Shown: positions 14,071-26,902, numbered from the whole stretch's first letter. The stretch is DNA of 63,069 nt, filler included, from Octopus bimaculoides (GCF_001194135.2; 3 parts of 3 records of this genome joined end to end with filler, not necessarily neighbours in it); one strand, 5' to 3'. The notes: generated by a model not told the origin, from the sequence alone. Translations and numbers: made by a program.

Positions 14071-14507
14071 NNNNNNNNNNNNNNNNNNNNNNNNNNNNNN
14101 NNNNNNNNNNNNNNNNNNNNNNNNNNNNNNNNNNNNNNNNNNNNNNNNNNNNNNNNNNNNNNNNNNNNNNNNNNNNNNNNNNNNNNNNNNNNNNNNNNNN
14201 NNNNNNNNNNNNNNNNNNNNNNNNNNNNNNNNNNNNNNNNNNNNNNNNNNNNNNNNNNNNNNNNNNNNNNNNNNNNNNNNNNNNNNNNNNNNNNNNNNNN
14301 NNNNNNNNNNNNNNNNNNNNNNNNNNNNNNNNNNNNNNNNNNNNNNNNNNNNNNNNNNNNNNNNNNNNNNNNNNNNNNNNNNNNNNNNNNNNNNNNNNNN
14401 NNNNNNNNNNNNNNNNNNNNNNNNNNNNNNNNNNNNNNNNNNNNNNNNNNNNNNNNNNNNNNNNNNNNNNNNNNNNNNNNNNNNNNNNNNNNNNNNNNNN
14501 NNNNNNN

Positions 14508-14548
<41 letters not shown>

Positions 14549-16030
14549 TATCTTCTCGGGAGTGAGTTTGCTCTCCTACCTATTTCAAACATCATGGATT
14601 CCGCAAACTACTGAATAATTTCAGCTTTCCTCCATTTCCATTGGAGGCTTTCTTCCTATACTTCAACTGCTAGCGTTCTTAGGAAACACAAAGGTATCTT
14701 TAAAGTTCTTCAGGCTGTGACACTACAACTATTAAGGTTTGCTTTAGAAATCATCTTTCATTTCTGTGTTTATAATCTCACCATTCAAATTATCAACTAT
14801 CATAGGGGAGACAATCTGTTGTAGGCTGAGTTAAGCTGATGTGAGTTTGAAAGTTAGAAATTTAAATCAAAGAATAAAGATTAAAGTATACAGAATAAAT
14901 GCATTTTATATTTCTTTTTCTGCACAGTTCTTAAAATTTTTAACTCGTTGGTGGCCATGTATAGCACTATTTCATCGTTTTTGGAATCGTCAGCATGACA
15001 TAACGCGGATCAAATATATTAAGTAAAATTAAATGTTTCAAGAAACTAGACAATTCTTAAAGCATTCATGAGATGTGTTTCTTTTTGTCGCATTGTTGAT
15101 CGTTATTTGTTCAGCAATAGAATGAAAAGAGAGAGGAAGACAGAAAAGAGAGTGGGAAAGAGAGAGCGACTATCCTATGAGTAAAATTATTTCATTTGTA
15201 ACCGTTCAGTCTATTTTTCTACAAAGAACTACATTAAACAAAATAAACGCTTTTAATTTTCTAAAATTACAGGATTTAATTCAAGAGAGATGTAACTGTT
15301 ACTTCCAGCAAATCAAGAGTTCACGTAGAGGCTCTAATGCTGTGTCATTTTAGTAATTCTGTTCGTGTTGCTTTTATCAAAATAAATATTGATTTATTAC
15401 ATATCTTAACTCATGTTTTAAAATTCCAAAGTTGTTTCAAATGTTGTGTGGGATTTTCAGCAAACGGCTTATGTTCGGATTCCATATTCATCCATATTCA
15501 TTGAAATATTCATTACAAATTTATATCATATTTTGCAATTATACAGATATTAAAGACCTGTGTCTGTGTATGTGCGAGTATGAGTGTATGGGTGTTCTTT
15601 ATGTACGTGTAAAGTATAAATGGGTGTGCGCGACTATAGGTATGTGTTTGTACATGTATTTATATATATANNNNNNNNNNGATGTACATACAATAGCATT
15701 ATATATATATATATATATATGTATATATCATATTCGCTATCTTTCTCAATGAATTAAAATTTATCAAGTTTTAATGCATAAATTTCAAAGAACTTGGAAG
15801 AACACCAGCTTTCTAAAACAACAATAACAACAGCAGAACGTACGATCACTCCTTGCTTAATACACTGTGGTTCTGGGCCCTGCAACCTGGACTGTGATTT
15901 GTATTCTGTCATTTCCAGTGTCGTTGATGTTTGCAATTTTTTAAGAAGTATTGTTATTTAAGTTTCGATGTCCCAGTTTCAATAACCGTAGCTACAACTG
16001 AGCATGAAACATTTTGGCATAGCCCTGTTA

Positions 16031-16108
16031 GCACTGCCGTTTTGGCGCTGCCGTTTTGGCGCTGCCGTTTTGGCGCTGCCGTTTTGGCGCTGCCGTTTTG
16101 GCGCTGCC
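16031..16108. repeat. 14-bp GC-rich tandem array (GCGCTGCCGTTTTG)n
   Basis: About 5.6 copies visible, running into an N gap. Confidence 0.95.
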
Positions 16109-16711
16109 NNNNNNNNNNNNNNNNNNNNNNNNNNNNNNNNNNNNNNNNNNNNNNNNNNNNNNNNNNNNNNNNNNNNNNNNNNNNNNNNNNNNNNNNNNNN
16201 NNNNNNNNNNNNNNNNNNNNNNNNNNNNNNNNNNNNNNNNNNNNNNNNNNNNNNNNNNNNNNNNNNNNNNNNNNNNNNNNNNNNNNNNNNNNNNNNNNNN
16301 NNNNNNNNNNNNNNNNNNNNNNNNNNNNNNNNNNNNNNNNNNNNNNNNNNNNNNNNNNNNNNNNNNNNNNNNNNNNNNNNNNNNNNNNNNNNNNNNNNNN
16401 NNNNNNNNNNNNNNNNNNNNNNNNNNNNNNNNNNNNNNNNNNNNNNNNNNNNNNNNNNNNNNNNNNNNNNNNNNNNNNNNNNNNNNNNNNNNNNNNNNNN
16501 NNNNNNNNNNNNNNNNNNNNNNNNNNNNNNNNNNNNNNNNNNNNNNNNNNNNNNNNNNNNNNNNNNNNNNNNNNNNNNNNNNNNNNNNNNNNNNNNNNNN
16601 NNNNGTGTTTATGTCCATCGTGATCATTTTATAATCTGTAACGTTTCTCTACGCCTTTCTCTCTTTCTATCTGTATGTGCATATTTCTGTGCGCATGTGC
16701 AAATGTATACC

Positions 16712-16749
<38 letters not shown>

Positions 16750-16971
16750 TGCGTGTGTGTGCGCGTGAGTGAAAGTGTATTTGCTTCAGCGCCAAAACAT
16801 ACCGTTGCCAAGACAGGCTGCATGTCGAGTCAGTCCCGCCAAATTGTGAGCGTTTAAACAACTGCGCCTGATTGCTTTTCAGTTCCAGTTTTAATTATAC
16901 AGTAAATGATGTGCTAACTAAAGTAATGTGATGAATAATTTAGCTTCATAAAAAATAATCATTACATACGT

Positions 16972-17418
16972 AGGCGCAGGCGTGGCTTCGTGATAAGAAG
17001 CTTGCTTTCCAACCACATAGATCCAGGTTCAGTCCCACTGCGTCGCATCTTGGGTAAGTGGCCTCTGCTATAGCTTCGGGCCCACCAAAGTCTTGTGAGT
17101 GGATTTGATAGAGGGAAACTGAAAGAAGTCCGTCGTATATATATCTATATCTATCTATCTATCTATCTATCTATATATATATATAAACATACACACATAC
17201 ATTCATACATATATATGTATGTATTTGTGTGTGTGTTTGTTCTTCCACCATCGCTTGACAACCGATGTTGGTGTGTTTACGTACCCGTAACTTGGTGGTT
17301 CGGCAAAAGAGGCTGATAGAATAAGTACTAGGCTTACAAAAAATATATCGTGGAGTCGATTTGTTCGACTAAGGGCAGTGCTACAGCATGGCCGCAGTCA
17401 AATGACTTAAACAAGTAG
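16972..17418 (+). mobile_element. SINE family A (full length)
   Basis: AGGCGCAGGCGTGGCT head, internal (ATCT)/(TA) repeat, complete tail. Confidence 0.92.
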
Positions 17419-18328
17419 GAGACAGTATAGTAAAACGATATGTTGTAATTACGGATATTAAAGACGTGTGTCGATGTTTGTGTATGTCTGCGTAGGTCTA
17501 TGTGTATATGTATATGTCTGCGTGTGCATATGTGTACATTAAGGGATAGGCGAGTAGATGGATAGATTGATGCATGTAAATATGTAAGTGAATGTAAGTA
17601 TAACTGTGTATATAATATATATATATACCTACATATGTCGATATGTATTTAAGCATGTATGTATGCATCAATATATTTATATACGGAAGTTTATTTATAC
17701 GTGCATGTATGTATGTATGTATGTATGTATGTATGTATGTATGTATNNNNNNNNNNNNNNNNNNNNNNNNNNNNNNNNNNNNNNNNNNNNNNNNNNNNNN
17801 NNNNNNNNNNNNNNNNNNNNNNNNNNNNNNNNNNNNNNNNNNNNNNNNNNNNNNNNNNNNNNNNNNNNNNNNNNNNNNNNNNNNNNNNNNNNNNNNNNNN
17901 NNNNNNNNNNNNNNNNNNNNNNNNNNNNNNNNNNNNNNNNNNNNNNNNNNNNNNNNNNNNNNNNNNNNNNNNNNNNNNNNNNNNNNNNNNNNNNNNNNNN
18001 NNNNNNNNNNNNNNNNNNNNNNNNNNNNNNNNNNNNNNNNNNNNNNNNNNNNNNNNNNNNNNNNNNNNNNNNNNNNNNNNNNNNNNNNNNNNNNNNNNNN
18101 NNNNNNNNNNNNNNNCATGTATGTATGTATGTATACAAACTTACTGTATGTATGTGTATGTGCAGATTTTGTTTTGTTTTGTGTATGTATTCTCATGCAT
18201 ATAGTTGCATATCTAGACATACTCATATACATTTAAGTGATAAACTTCTGGAAAGTTTTAAAGATTTTCGTATGTATGTATGTATGTATGTATGTATGTA
18301 TGTATGTATGTATGTATGTATGTATGTA

Positions 18329-18403
<75 letters not shown>

Positions 18404-18684
18404 CTGCTTTTCTTTGAGTTTTATTTAATTTCTTCTTAAGAGAGTTCAAGCTATTCACAAACCGACAAAACTTTTTGAATTAAGAGAGCTCCTGGTGGCT
18501 TCATTGTTGTGTTGTTGAATTATCGATGTGTGCATCTATTCATCTCAAGAATCTCAGATGGAGGCTCTATGTATAATGCATGCATGCATGCATGTATGTA
18601 TGTATGTATGTATGTATGTATGTATGTGTGTATGTATGTGTGTATGCGGATATGTATGTATATATATATATATATATGCATATA

Positions 18685-18724
<40 letters not shown>

Positions 18725-19015
18725 NNNNNNNNNNNNNNNNNNNNNNNNNNNNNNNNNNNNNNNNNNNNNNNNNNNNNNNNNNNNNNNNNNNNNNNNNNNN
18801 NNNNNNNNNNNNNNNNNNNNNNNNNNNNNNNNNNNNNNNNNNNNNNNNNNNNNNNNNNNNNNNNNNNNNNNNNNNNNNNNNNNNNNNNNNNNNNNNNNNN
18901 NNNNNNNNNNNNNNNNNNNNNNNNNNNNNNNNNNNNNNNNNNNNNNNNNNNNNNNNNNNNNNNNNNNNNNNNNNNNNNNNNNNNNNNNNNNNNNNNNNNN
19001 NNNNNNNNNNNNNNN

Positions 19016-19049
<34 letters not shown>

Positions 19050-19292
19050 GACAAATGAAAGAGCTCGTGTGAAGAATATAATGCAGAGTGGGTGATAAAA
19101 ATAATGATGAAATGATAGAGAGGGTGTCAAGACGGACGTAAGATATTTTATTTCAAGGAGAAATAAGAACCCGCATCGTCTCTATTTACCACCCACCACC
19201 CTCCGCCAAATCCTACGATGAGGACTTTAAGTCTGCTTCCATTCGATTCAGATTCTTTATACTTCTAGGAAGTCGATTTCTTTGTGCTGTTG

Positions 19293-19344
<52 letters not shown>

Positions 19345-19994
19345 ATGCATGTATGTATGTATTTTATTTTGAAACTCTAAGTCATCATGCTAAGCCAAGT
19401 TAATTGAACAAACAAACAAAATTATAATGACAGAAAGAAGCCAAGCAAAGAATATGACAAAAATTAAAAAAAAAGAACAGAAGAAATAAAAACGACATAA
19501 AATAACAACAGAAAATGCTGCAAAAATCTTGGTATTTTAGTTTAGAATAATCGATATTTTAGTCTGTAACGAAAAATAACATTAAACATTAATCTTTTAG
19601 GAACTATTCCTCTTATTTACACAGTATTAGTGTAAAATTAGATATCAACTCAGTGATTTAAATTATTTCTCTTGTCACTTCTATTCTGTTAACTGACTAA
19701 CCTAACACAATACCAGTTTGGGGTTTAAAGAATTATTTATATATTGGTTTTATTCATTGGTTTTGTTAATGTGTTTATTTTAATTTTTATTTGCGTATGT
19801 TATTTTTTGTTTTAGGAGCTTGAGTTAATTATGCTTGCTTGTTAATCAGATTTCCGTTTAGATTTAATAGAAATCGCTGGTCATTTCACGTTGAAGAGGA
19901 ATAAATTGTTAGAGTCTACCTGTCCGTTGAACGCTTAAAAGAATACACAAAACAAAAGAAAACAAAAACAAAAAAAATGAATAAATAAACAGCT

Positions 19995-20575
19995 TTATCT
20001 TTTATTTGTCTCAGTAATTGGTCTACAGCAATGCCGGAGTACCAGTTTGAAGGACAAACCGACCGTAGTACTTATCTTTTATTAAACCTGGTAATTATTT
20101 CATTGATCGCTCATGCTAAACTGTTTAAGAGTTCATAAACAAACTAACACCGGTTGTGAGATAGTGGCGGGAGACGAACATCAACACACAGACACATGTG
20201 TGTGTATTAGATCCGAAGTATATTGTGGACGGTACATTTAGTACAATGTGCGTTTCTTCATTATCCTCAGGGCTATTGGTATACTCAATCTGGTTCAGTT
20301 AATCGTATTCATAACCTGAAGATCTTTCTGCCTGTACGTTGATATCTGCATACGTATTCCTCTATTTGTGTTGTGTTATGTACACAGTTTGCTTTTCGAC
20401 CCCACTCGGAGCCTTACCATTTAAGCGCTCGATTCACTTGAATCCTGATCTGTTATAACTATAACATGTGTGTGTGTGTGCGTGTGTGTGTGTGTGTACG
20501 ACTGACTTTTTTCAGTTTCCATCTGTAAACTCCACTCACAAGTCCTTAGGCCCGGTCTACAGAAGAAGAACCTTT
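19995..20575 (-). mobile_element. SINE family A fragments (tail 19995-20200, head core 20497-20575)
   Basis: Reverse-complement matches to the tail and to TTTCAGTTTCC...CCACTCACAAG; about 250 bp of unrelated sequence lies between them. Confidence 0.6.
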
Positions 20576-20683
20576 TGCCTATAAAATTTTAAATCGGTAA
20601 CGCTTCTAGCAAGAGTCGATACAGGATCGCTGCATTCGGAGTTTAGCTTGTTTACCATTACTCCATAGAACACAAAGAAAGAA

Positions 20684-21670
20684 AGGCGCAGTAGTGGCTG
20701 TGTGGTAAGCGGCTGATTGGGTGGGGGTCAAAACCGCTTTTGACCCTATAGACCCACTCAGCCGCTAAAGATCTGGTACTTCCAGATCTTTTGTAAATGG
20801 CCGGTTGCAGGTACCCAGTGATACTTGAGGGACTGCAGGTACCCAGTGATACTTGAGGTAACTGCGGAAGTCATAATGGAGGATGATATGTTCAGGGTGA
20901 TGAACTCCTTTCCTAAGGACTAATACAGTTTTGCTTTCTGGAGCTCCGACTTAGAACTGCAGGAGGTATATTGCCTGGTCGGGGAGGAAAAGTAAGAGGC
21001 CTTAGTGCCTCGATTTGAAATTTGAATTTGTTATTTTTTGGTAAGAGGCTCAGTGCCTCAACTTGTAAGGACGATCGCGTCCATTCTTTGAACTTTGTTA
21101 AGAGGTACAATACCACATTTTGTGTTGTTGAGAAAAAGAGAACAATGTTTTCGGGAAGTAGCAATCGCGGGCGTTGTCTGCTTCCCCCACCAACCAGGTT
21201 TTCTTTTTTTTTTTTATTCCATTGTGCATTTGTGCTTTTGTCCAGCGCGCTGCTACATCTTTGTAAGGCTGTATACCCAATTTATGAAATAAAGTAGCTT
21301 GCTTACCAACAACATGGTACTGGGTTCAGTCCCACTGCGTGACACCTTGGGCAAGTGTCTTCTACTATAGCTGCGGGCTATGAGTGGATTTGGTAGACGG
21401 ACACTAAAAGAAACCCGTCGTATATATGTTTATTTATATATATGTGTGCGTGTGTGTACGTGTGTCTGTTTGTATCCCACCCCCACCATCGTTTGACAAC
21501 AGATGTTGGTGTGTTTATGTTCCTTCAACTTTGCGGTTCGGCAAAATAGACTGATAGAATAAGTACTAGGGTTACAAAGAATGAGTCCTGGTGTCAATTT
21601 GTTCAACTGAAAGGCGGTGTTCCAGCATGGCTGCAGTTAAACAACCGAGACAAATAAAAGAGTAAAAGAG
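20684..21670 (+). mobile_element. SINE family A interrupted by a ~585-bp insertion
   Basis: The intact copy at 28230 (minus) reads GTGGCTGTGTGGTAAGTAGCTTGCTTACCAAC. Here GTGGTAAG ends at 20709 and TAGCTTGCTTACCAAC resumes at 21295. Confidence 0.9.
20710..21294 (+). mobile_element. Structured insertion of unknown type (candidate LINE 3' UTR retrocopy or MITE)
   Basis: Defined by the empty site in the host SINE; contains hairpins, direct repeats, a T-tract and a terminal AATAAA; possible AAG target duplication. Confidence 0.7.
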
Positions 21671-21986
21671 TTGTCTGAACTGAAATAAAAACAAAATTAA
21701 AAAATCGAAAGACATTGATAACTAGAGGAAAAGAATGCAGTCATTGTTAATTTGACTAGAAATTAGTTTCAATTTAGTCTGACTCATATCTCGGCCCACC
21801 TTCAAATTACTACAACCAATATGTTTAAATACAGAAAATGTGATCGATGATGGATGAGCCGATATTTTATTTAAATGTATCGGAGAAAAACCAAGTTAAA
21901 CACTGGAAAAATTCGATGTGACTAATGAGGATCTCTCAAATATAATCACAATCGATAAAATAAACACTGTTATAAATTATGGCGAT

Positions 21987-22360
21987 GCTTTCCAACGACA
22001 TGGTTCCAGGTTCACTCCCATTGCGTGGCACCTTGGACGAGTGTCTTCTACTATAGCCTCGAACCGACCAAAGAATTGTGAGTGGATTTGGTAGACGGAA
22101 ACTTAAAGAAGCTTGTCGTGTATATAAATACACACACACGCACACACATATATGTATTTATCCATGAGTGTGTATCTTTGTGTTTGTGTTTGCCGCACAC
22201 CACCGCTTGACAACCAGTGTTGGTGTGTTGACGTCCCCGCAACTCAGTAATTCGGCATAATTACCAGGCTTAAAAAAATAAGTCCTGGGTTGATTTCTTC
22301 GACTAAACTCCTTCAAGGCGGTGTCCCAACAGGCCTAGAGTTAATGACCGAACCAAGTAC
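21987..22360 (+). mobile_element. SINE family A
   Basis: Head core GTGAGTGGATTTGGTAGACGGAAAC, internal (CA)/(TG) repeat, tail. Confidence 0.88.
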
Positions 22361-22420
22361 AACGTCAAAGATAATACACGTGCGCGCACACACACACACA
22401 CACACACACATATATACACA

Positions 22421-22458
<38 letters not shown>

Positions 22459-22892
22459 NNNNNNNNNNNNNNNNNNNNNNNNNNNNNNNNNNNNNNNNNN
22501 NNNNNNNNNNNNNNNNNNNNNNNNNNNNNNNNNNNNNNNNNNNNNNNNNNNNNNNNNNNNNNNNNNNNNNNNNNNNNNNNNNNNNNNNNNNNNNNNNNNN
22601 NNNNNNNNNNNNNNNNNNNNNNNNNNNNNNNNNNNNNNNNNNNNNNNNNNNNNNNNNNNNNNNNNNNNNNNNNNNNNNNNNNNNNNNNNNNNNNNNNNNN
22701 NNNNNNNNNNNNNNNNNNNNNNNNNNNNNNNNNNNNNNNNNNNNNNNNNNNNNNNNNNNNNNNNNNNNNNNNNNNNNNNNNNNNNNNNNNNNNNNNNNNN
22801 NNNNNNNNNNNNNNNNNNNNNNNNNNNNNNNNNNNNNNNNNNNNNNNNNNNNNNNNNNNNNNNNNNNNNNNTATATATATATATATATATAT

Positions 22893-23018
22893 GATGGGCT
22901 TCTTTCAGTTTCCATCTACCAAATCTACTTACAAGGCTTTGGTCTGCCCGAGGCTATAGTACAAGACAGTTGCCCAAGATGCGACGCAGTGGGACTGAAC
23001 CCAGAACCATGTGGCTGG
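22893..23018 (-). mobile_element. SINE family A head
   Basis: CTTTCAGTTTCCATCTACCAAATC...GCAGTGGGACTGAACCC. Confidence 0.85.
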
Positions 23019-23305
23019 TACGCAACAACATGGATTGCTGGATTGGATTGCTGACTTGAAAGTGCCCTAAGGGTGGAGTGAAAACACTTTTGAATTGCTC
23101 ATTTAGTATTTCAAGACCCACATTAAACTCGTCACTCGTATCACTATCGAACCAAGTGTTTAACTACGGTCTGTCCATAGCACTTACTTAGCGTTACCTG
23201 TCACTCTTTGTGTCTTCTAGATCGACGACTGGTGACGTGAAACTCTAAGTAGCAGTTTTTGTGATATATACACATATACATATACATATACGTATATATA
23301 TATAT

Positions 23306-23405
23306 NNNNNNNNNNNNNNNNNNNNNNNNNNNNNNNNNNNNNNNNNNNNTTAATTAATTAANNNNNNNNNNNNNNNNNNNNNNNNNNNNNNNNNNNNNNN
23401 NNNNN
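23306..23405. other. Artificial scaffold join: 44 N + TTAATTAATTAA + 44 N
   Basis: Exactly 100 bp; the 12-mer gives stops in all six frames; identical construct at 39950-40049. Confidence 0.95.
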
Positions 23406-23437
<32 letters not shown>

Positions 23438-23900
23438 TCGCTATTCTTCTACTATGCTCACAACTTCTCAATTTCCTTTCTTCTTCGCATCTAACTCAGA
23501 TATACCCATTCATTTACCTATACGCCGTCCATCTATAGTTGCTCATCTCTCATTCTCACATTCAATTTATCTTTTGTGTCTTAACACGTTGCACTCTCCG
23601 TCCTTGTCAGCTCTCACACTTTCCTTCTTTCTCCCTCTCTTTTTCACTTGCTCTCTCTCTCTCTCTTTTCACTACCTCTCATTGACCCAAACACTCAAGT
23701 ACTCATCTTCTCACGCTCTTACACACATACATATGTCTTCGCTTGTTTTGCTCACACGATTTCCTTCTCTCACTCACCTGTCTCACTTTGTGGTATTGAT
23801 GGCATGGTGGCTTTGTTGAGAACAATATACACGCATATACTTAAGTACATACACCCTCCCACATATATATCTTCGGTTTTCATGTATGTGCGTATATAAA

Positions 23901-23940
<40 letters not shown>

Positions 23941-24115
23941 CATATATGTATATATCTATATATACATATATGCATATGTGTTTGTGTGTCTAATACATAT
24001 CTATATCTATGTTTATATATGTATATATGTGTGTGTATATTATATATATAATATACATACATACACAGTCACACATATATACGTTTATGTATATGAATGA
24101 CAAGAGCAGTAAAGA

Positions 24116-24150
<35 letters not shown>

Positions 24151-24379
24151 CTGAAGAGAGCTAGGAAATTTCTAGGTACTGTCTCGTTTAAAATGACACC
24201 AGGTGCGCAGAGTTAAAGCAGTTAAATATTCCCTAAAAGTTAATGTCACGCTTCGTTAGACACTGTTCCCAACTGGTAAAGTTGATATTAGTGCAACCAG
24301 GGTATTTGTGTAGACATATTACGCAAATATATCTACCCGTTTGAAGAAATCGTTCATGTTACCATATATACCTTTCTTT

Positions 24380-24820
24380 CTCTTTATACTTTCATTTGCT
24401 TAAGTTAATAGATTGGAACCTAGCTGGAGCACTGCATTGAAGGGATTAGTCAATCAAATCGACTAAACCTTTATTTAACTCCTTTATTTTCTTCTGAGGC
24501 TGCTGCTGTCTCTAATAAATTCATAACCGAACTGCTAAGTTACTAGGACGCAAACATCCCAACATCTTTGTCAAGAGTTGGTGGGAACAAACACAAACAT
24601 AAAAACACAAACATAAAAACAATCCCCACATACATACATACTTACATACATGCATAGATGCGTCCATCCCTCTCTCCCTCCCTCCATCCATCCATCCATC
24701 CATCCATACATCCATACATATAAACAACTGACTTCTTTCAGTTTCCGTCTACCTAATCCACTCACAACGTTTTGGTCGACTCGGGGCTTTAGTTGAAGAC
24801 ACTTTCCTAAGGGGTCACGC
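24380..24820 (-). mobile_element. SINE family A
   Basis: Tail (GCTGGAGCACTGC) and head core (CTTCTTTCAGTTTCCGTCTACC) separated by (CATA)/(CCAT) repeats. Confidence 0.8.
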
Positions 24821-25114
24821 AATATTTTTATTTAAAAATAATTTTTGACATTCTTTTTATTTTACATGAAATATTCTTTACATTCTACTGTTGTTTTATT
24901 GCCATTTATTTACTAGTATTATAAATTTTAAAGTTAAAATATATTTCTGGAAACGAATTACGATTTATAACATTATTATTATAGGAAATTATTACTCTAC
25001 ATTACGAGCTTTCGCTTTACGAGAAGTCCCCAGGAACAAATTAACTCGTATATCGAGGCATTACTGTATATGTATGTAGGAATGAATGCATGTACGTATG
25101 TATGCATGCACGTA

Positions 25115-25215
25115 TGTCATTATTTAGTTTTATTTCAAGATCTCATGCCAATAGTGAAAGACCCGGTTTCTAACCTTGATCCAAGGCTCCTTTATTGGAA
25201 TTCCAAGAACAACCG
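25115..25215 (-). mobile_element. 3' UTR fragment of the RLE-type LINE family seen at 39.6-39.9 kb
   Basis: GAAAGACCCGGTTTCTAACCTTGATCCAAGGCTCCTTTATTGG aligns with the reverse complement of 39861-39918. Confidence 0.65.
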
Positions 25216-25284
25216 GGTATTTTTGTATGTATGCATGCTTGTGAATATGTGATTTTGTGTTTCTGTTTGTCTGATAATAATAAT

Positions 25285-25410
25285 AATAATAACATCGAAA
25301 AATACCTTAGGAATGAGAACCCAGGTTCGAAATTTCCCCAAGACACTTGATGAAGGCTGGTGGGTGTATCAACCGAAACGTTGTGTTAACAACAAACAAG
25401 ATGAGTTCTT
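25285..25410 (+). mobile_element. Penelope-like element end with minimal hammerhead ribozyme motif
   Basis: GACAC-TTGATGA-A-GGCTG...CAACC-GAAA-CG-TT-GTGTT: stem I, core with C3U change, stem II, palindromic AACGTT stem III. Confidence 0.6.
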
Positions 25411-26559
25411 AAATATAGACCTGTGTTATTATTTTGTTGTTTTTACATCCATCACCCCATTTTGGCTATTTTTCTTCAACACCCACTGGATTTTCTCACT
25501 GCTCCCAGGTGGGTAAACCGTATCGTCTACTTTGAGAACCGCTGATATACAGCGAATGGACCTATTGCAATATATACTGTAATGTATAGCTGTGGACTTA
25601 TACATTTTCGGACCTTGGTTGCATTATAGCGAAAGAAAGAATGTAACCGGAATATGAAAGCATTTCTTACAGAAATATTGGCTATGTGAAGAAATATTGG
25701 CTATGTATGTGGCCATCTTCAAAGACGAGTTAACTTGATTTGAAGGAAATTTAAAATTAGATTCAGTCTTGAAATCACAATAATTTATAAAAGCGATCTA
25801 AGCTCAATAAATGTAATGGATTGAATATTTTAAATCATGATGAGTTTGCTCCAGGGTAGCGAGTCTAGTTGATTGAGACGTGATAAGCGAAATAGCAAGC
25901 AAATGAATGTGTGGACGTGTGAAATTTGCAGACGTGAAACGACCTGAAGCGATGTGACTAATGTAAGTAAGAGGTTAATTAAAATAACCATTACAACAAG
26001 AAAGTTAATTAAAATATCTATTAAAAGGTTAATTAGTGTAACTATTAAAAGGAAATAGAATTGCGATATTAGCAATAAGGTATCAATGAATGTATATAAT
26101 CGACTATTAAACGATACTTTACTGTGTCGAGGTTGCATCAGTTATGTCATTTTCCTTGGTATTTTAAGCTGCTGTTTCTAACATATATATTGCTTTCATT
26201 ACTACGGAAATATGTAGGTATCATCCCTAAGGCTGCAGGTGCATGATAAATTGTCTAGATAGTGCTGTGGACTTCATTCATTCACTGTGTTTTTTGAAAC
26301 TGTTTCTACAACCTGTAATGGCATGTACTCTGTTCTTCCTCCTCATTTTCGTTATCTTCCTTCTTTGCTTCCCGCTCCTCGACCTTCCCTTCATCTTGCA
26401 ATTCTACTTCTCCTTCCTCCAATTCTTCTGTTTCTTCATTTTGTTCTTCCTTCTTTTCCTTTTCTTTTTCTTCATGTTTTAATCCCCTTTTCTTGTGGCT
26501 GTTCTTTTTCCTTCTTTCCTTTCCCTCCTCTTCCATCTCTTTTTCGATGCCTTTCCTCC

Positions 26560-26713
26560 TCCTTCTTCTTCTTCTTCTTCTTCTTCTTCTTCTTCTTCTT
26601 CTTCTTCTTCTTCTTCTTCTTCTTCTTCTTCTTCTTCTTCTTTTTCTTCTTCTTCTTCTTCTTCTTCTTCACCTCCTCCTCCTCCTCTTTTCCCCTCTTC
26701 CTCTTCCCTCCAC
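26560..26713. repeat. (CTT)n/(CCT)n polypyrimidine microsatellite
   Basis: Directly visible; a similar tract lies at 27195-27400. Confidence 0.97.
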
Positions 26714-26859
26714 NNNNNNNNNNNNNNNNNNNNNNNNNNNNNNNNNNNNNNNNNNNNNNNNNNNNNNNNNNNNNNNNNNNNNNNNNNNNNNNNNNNNNNN
26801 NNNNNNNNNNNNNNNNNNNNNNNNNNNNNNNNNNNNNNNNNNNNNNNNNNNNNNNNNNN

Positions 26860-26902
<43 letters not shown>

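Noticed and set aside
16031-16108. 14-bp, 15-bp (59173) and 16-bp (35227) arrays as CRISPR-like arrays
   Set aside because: Head-to-tail repeats without unique spacers, no cas genes, eukaryotic context.
26230-26260. 21-nt plus-strand microexon-like motif (TAG|GTATCATCCCTAAGGCTGCAG|GTGCAT)
   Set aside because: Weak sites; kept only as a reminder that such motifs arise by chance, which lowers confidence in the microexon chain.
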